Assembly (NCBI GenBank): GCA_963771465.1
Contig: CAVYTU010000015.1
Span: forward strand, 864,001 to 928,000
Origin: an uncultured delta proteobacterium
GTDB lineage: Bacteria > Desulfobacterota > Binatia > UBA9968
Direction: 5' to 3'
Length of the DNA stretch: 64,000 nucleotides
Shown: positions 60,667 through 64,000 of the stretch, piece by piece
Numbering within the stretch: position 1 is the stretch's first letter
How the letters are laid out: every line of letters starts with the position of its first letter
Translations under genes and position numbers: made by a program
Notes under the pieces: generated by a model
Told to the model about the DNA's origin: nothing
The model's database searches: none
What the model saw: the letters and a program-made list of their open reading frames with translations, nothing else

Positions 60667-60796
60667 TAAGACACCGACAGTAGCTGTACCCTTGCGGCGT
60701 CGATGCCACTACTAGAACCAAAGCCGCGACATGCTCACAGTGCGACAAAACTAACTGACGCACCATTCCTGCTTGTTCTCTGCAAGCGTTCACGAC

Positions 60797-61099
60797 TTAC
60801 CTCCCCGCGTGTTGAATCACTTCATGCATCTCGAAAACATTGGGACCGGCGAAGATTTCGGATGGCGGGCGATTGCGGTGCGCCTCCTTAAACTCAGCAC
60901 TATCGGTCCAGGCGCGAAACGAGGCTTCGTCCGTCCAGTGCGTAAGCACAATGTAGTAATCGCTCTTGATCGGACGAAGAATTTCCAAGCGCACAAAGCC
61001 CGGCATGTTCTCGACTAATCTCGCCCGGCCTTCAAAACGTTTTTCGAATTCCGCTTCCTGTCCCTTGGCAACTTGCAGGCGATTGGATACAGCGATCAT
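60797..61099 (-). CDS. Antibiotic biosynthesis monooxygenase family protein (IsdG/HmoA-like)
   Basis: NRLQV..G..EFEKRF, PGF, W..EASF.AW..S.EF.EAH. Confidence 0.88.
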   Translation of the reverse strand: MIAVSNRLQVAKGQEAEFEKRFEGRARLVENMPGFVRLEILRPIKSDYYIVLTHWTDEASFRAWTDSAEFKEAHRNRPPSEIFAGPNVFEMHEVIQHAGR

Positions 61100-61124
61100 G
61101 CTACTATCCTCCTTTCCCTGTGAA

Positions 61125-62150
61125 TCACGCCGCAGATGTCAATTTGTAAAACCGCGCCACGTTGTCGTGCAGCATCTTCTGCTTGATGTCGTCGGAAATA
61201 TCTTTGCGCGCGCGAATGCCCTTGACCGTGTGCGGCCAGTCGCCGTCCCAGTGCGGATAGTCGGAGGAATAGAGAATCGTATCTTCCAAACCCCAGCGCA
61301 TGGCGTCGGGGATGGTCTTCTCTTCGCACTCGACGCCGAAATATATGCGTCCGCTCTTCACGTACTCGCTCGGCAACTTGGTCAAATACGGCGCTTCGAC
61401 GGCGCCGCGCTTCTCCACTTCCTCGTCGAGCCGGTCCATCATGTACGGAACCCAACCGATGCCGGATTCGAGATAGCCGATGCTCAACTTGGGAAAGCGC
61501 TCGAACACGCCGCCGACAATCGTCGCGATCAGCGCCATCATCTGTTCGGCCGGATGATCGATGGTGTGAGCCGACAGAAACTTGCGAAAGCGCTGGCCGC
61601 CGAGGGAATCCGCCGACGTGCCGGTGTGAAAGCCGATGCCGACGCCAAGCTGTTCCGCCGCGGCATAAATCGGATCGTAGAAGCCATCGCCGAAGTCGGG
61701 CATCTGCGGCAGGTAAGTCGGCAGCACGCCGGCCAGCGCGCCGCGTTCCTTTACTGCGCGCGTAAGCTCGTCCGCTGCCGCGCTTGGGTCCTGCGGCGCG
61801 AGTAGCGCGACGAACTTTAACCGACTCGAATCTTTCTTGCAGAAGTGAAACAGCCAGTCGTTATAAGCACGCGTGATCCCGGTCGCGTAATCCTTTTCGT
61901 GTAGCGCGCTCACGTGCAAGCCAGCCGTTGGATAAAGCACCATGACGTCGATGCCGTCCTCGTCCATGGCGTTAAGCTGGTCCTGTGGCCCTTCAGGCTT
62001 TTGCCCCAACTTGCCGTGCAGATCGCGGTCCCACTCGTCGTTGGGAAATAAATTGCGCCGCTGCCAGCGCGGCTCCAAAAACTCGCGCAAGCCGGCGCTG
62101 GATTCGCGCACGTGCCCATCAGCATCGATCACAGTATAGTTAGCCGCCAT
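61125..62150 (-). CDS. Amidohydrolase_2 family protein
   Basis: IDADGH, VLYPT, FHTG, LESGIGW, SSDYPHWD. GGAGG RBS. Confidence 0.92.
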   Translation of the reverse strand: MAANYTVIDADGHVRESSAGLREFLEPRWQRRNLFPNDEWDRDLHGKLGQKPEGPQDQLNAMDEDGIDVMVLYPTAGLHVSALHEKDYATGITRAYNDWLFHFCKKDSSRLKFVALLAPQDPSAAADELTRAVKERGALAGVLPTYLPQMPDFGDGFYDPIYAAAEQLGVGIGFHTGTSADSLGGQRFRKFLSAHTIDHPAEQMMALIATIVGGVFERFPKLSIGYLESGIGWVPYMMDRLDEEVEKRGAVEAPYLTKLPSEYVKSGRIYFGVECEEKTIPDAMRWGLEDTILYSSDYPHWDGDWPHTVKGIRARKDISDDIKQKMLHDNVARFYKLTSAA

Positions 62151-62233
62151 GACGACCTCCTTCTTGGCTGGTAAGGCGTAAACAGTCAGGTGTGAGCGAG
62201 CCCCACCCAGACCAAACCCCTCATCCTTACCCC

Positions 62234-63088
62234 TCACCGATCCTTCAAATAATTCTGCCATACATGCTGCGGCTTAAATCCCAACATGCGCCGCGCTTTG
62301 GCCGAGTCAACGCAGCTCCAATGGCTGCCGGAAACTTTTTTGATTTTTGCCCCGCGCGGCAGATATTCTTTCACTAAAGACAACGTCGGTTGAATCATGC
62401 AATTGAGCGGCGCCGAGGCGATAAAAACTTCGTGCCCGGTGAACTTCGCGTCCAGCGCCAGCCGGCAAGTTGTCGCCGCGTCGCGCGCGTCGATATAAGT
62501 CCAAAAACCGTTCGCGCGTGTCTGCGGATTGCGCCAGCGCTCGCGAAAGCTCTCATAGGACAGATCGAAGTTCACCCCGGGAAAGCGCAAGCTGCTCACC
62601 GTCATTTGCTTATGCACCGATACGATCGAGTCGGCGATCTGCTCGCCGAGAACCTTGGACAGCCCGTAAGAATCCTGCGGCTTCGAGTGATGTTCTTCGT
62701 TCAAAGGCAAATAGTCCGGCGCCCACAGCCTGTGCGCGTAGATGAACCCGAAGGCCGCCGTGCTCGATGCCATGACGACCTTTTTTACACCCATGTCCGC
62801 CGCAGCACGCAACACGTTGTAACTCGCCGACACATTGTTGCTCAGCGTCTCAGCATCCGGCGCCAGATTAGGCGCTTGATACGCGCCGAGATGAATAATG
62901 CCGTAAGCATCGCGCAGCGCCTCGAATAGATCGCCGGAATGACGCAGATCGACCAGCCAGCTCATGCATAACTTTTCCCGCGGCGCGACGCGATCGAGAC
63001 TGAGCACCTGATAGCGATGTGCCAGGAGTTCACGAATCACAAACTGCCCCAAGCGCCCACTGCCGCCGGTGACAACGATTTTTTTCAT
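62234..63088 (-). CDS. NAD-dependent epimerase/dehydratase
   Basis: VTGGSGRLG, MASS, YGLSK. Confidence 0.92.
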   Translation of the reverse strand: MKKIVVTGGSGRLGQFVIRELLAHRYQVLSLDRVAPREKLCMSWLVDLRHSGDLFEALRDAYGIIHLGAYQAPNLAPDAETLSNNVSASYNVLRAAADMGVKKVVMASSTAAFGFIYAHRLWAPDYLPLNEEHHSKPQDSYGLSKVLGEQIADSIVSVHKQMTVSSLRFPGVNFDLSYESFRERWRNPQTRANGFWTYIDARDAATTCRLALDAKFTGHEVFIASAPLNCMIQPTLSLVKEYLPRGAKIKKVSGSHWSCVDSAKARRMLGFKPQHVWQNYLKDR

Positions 63089-63201
63089 CCGTGGAGAATC
63101 TCCGGTGGTAATTTCATGCCTCAGGGTGCTTGCGTCTTCGAGTCAGGAGTAAAGTAAATACTAATGACTCAGAGGACTTCTGACTTCGGACTCCAAACGA
63201 G

Positions 63202-64000
63202 CTACCGCTTCGGTATTAGAATATCTTTCAACTTCGCGATCAGGGTCGGATTCAACTCATACAAACCGGCGAACGTCTTTGCCGTCGTCGCACCATCGAT
63301 GGGCGCCACTTCCAACTGGGACTTATCCGCCTCGGCGTTCAGTTCGCGATCTTTGAAGGTTCTCACGAACGCTTGTTGTAAAATCTGCAAGCGGTCCGGC
63401 GGCGTGCCTGGCGCTACGGAGAAGGGGAATTGATAGACGTGCACGTTGTCGGCCACTCGCAGCAGCGTTTTGGCTTCTTCAGACTTGGCGTAATTGATCG
63501 CCAGCGGGACTTTTTTCAATTCGGGATGCGACTTGAACGTCGCCTGCAAGACAACGTTGATTTTCCCAGCGTCCATCTGACTGCGCCAAGTTACTTTGGT
63601 CGCCTGCCACGAGGCGCACAAACCGTCGACTTCGCCGCTCTCGACGGCGATGCGCGCTTCGGCGCCGCCCTTGTAGCCCTCGACCATTTCCAGCGGCAAA
63701 TTGAGCGCGGCTTTCAAAAGTTTCGGCACATCCGATAGGCTGGTGCCCGGACCGATGGAAGCGATTTTCATCGGCCGTTTGGCATTGATCCAATCGTCCA
63801 TGGATTTGATGCCGCTCTGACTGTTGAAATGACAGGCGGTATCGTAAGGACCGGGAATGCCGAGCCAGCCGACTTTGCGGCCGTCGAATTTGATCGCGTC
63901 GTTGCCCATGATGTGTTGAAGAATCAGCGGCGACGCCCAGGCGGCGATGGTCAGTCCATCGGGTTTGACGCGATTGTAAAGATGATTCGCGGCGATAATG
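63202..64000 (-). CDS. Bug/TctC substrate-binding protein, partial (5' end outside window)
   Basis: AANHLYNRVKPDGLT, GYKGG, VAPGTP, LKDIL. Confidence 0.9.
   Translation of the reverse strand, partial: IIAANHLYNRVKPDGLTIAAWASPLILQHIMGNDAIKFDGRKVGWLGIPGPYDTACHFNSQSGIKSMDDWINAKRPMKIASIGPGTSLSDVPKLLKAALNLPLEMVEGYKGGAEARIAVESGEVDGLCASWQATKVTWRSQMDAGKINVVLQATFKSHPELKKVPLAINYAKSEEAKTLLRVADNVHVYQFPFSVAPGTPPDRLQILQQAFVRTFKDRELNAEADKSQLEVAPIDGATTAKTFAGLYELNPTLIAKLKDILIPKR

Noticed and set aside
1-64000. CRISPR arrays, tRNA/rRNA genes, transposases, integrases, phage or defence genes
   Set aside because: No regularly spaced repeats, cloverleaf patterns or diagnostic protein motifs were seen by eye; this was not an exhaustive computational scan.

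Overview
This is a GC-rich (roughly 55-60% by eye) bacterial chromosomal window with about 55 genes. It is dominated by paralogous small-molecule uptake and catabolic genes: 5 luciferase-like monooxygenases (LLM), 6 amidohydrolases, 3 class II aldolase/adducin proteins, cupins, many NMT1/SsuA-like ABC and tripartite tricarboxylate (Bug/TctC) substrate-binding proteins (SBPs), and 2 MetE-like proteins. This gene mix resembles Candidatus Binatia-like 'deltaproteobacterial' genomes (inference, not verified). I found no rRNA, tRNA, CRISPR array, integrase or transposase. Several genes carry single-base indels or in-frame stops, which suggests long-read consensus errors mixed with real decay. The most notable observations are: (1) an unannotated ~180-nt rod-like structured RNA candidate at 18110-18284; (2) a secreted GH44 glucanase and a zinc metallopeptidase that share a near-identical sigma54-type promoter and a C-terminal Fn3 module, lying divergent from a GAF/HD-GYP gene; (3) a class III nucleotide cyclase whose CxxC...CxxU motif has an in-frame TGA and a SECIS-like hairpin, although the gene is decaying; (4) a deoxyhypusine-synthase-like protein with a fused degenerate N-terminal copy; (5) an orphan PilB/GspE-type ATPase with tandem MshEN-like repeats; (6) a deletion junction fusing two gene fragments. 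All calls come from reading motifs by eye; no database searches were run.
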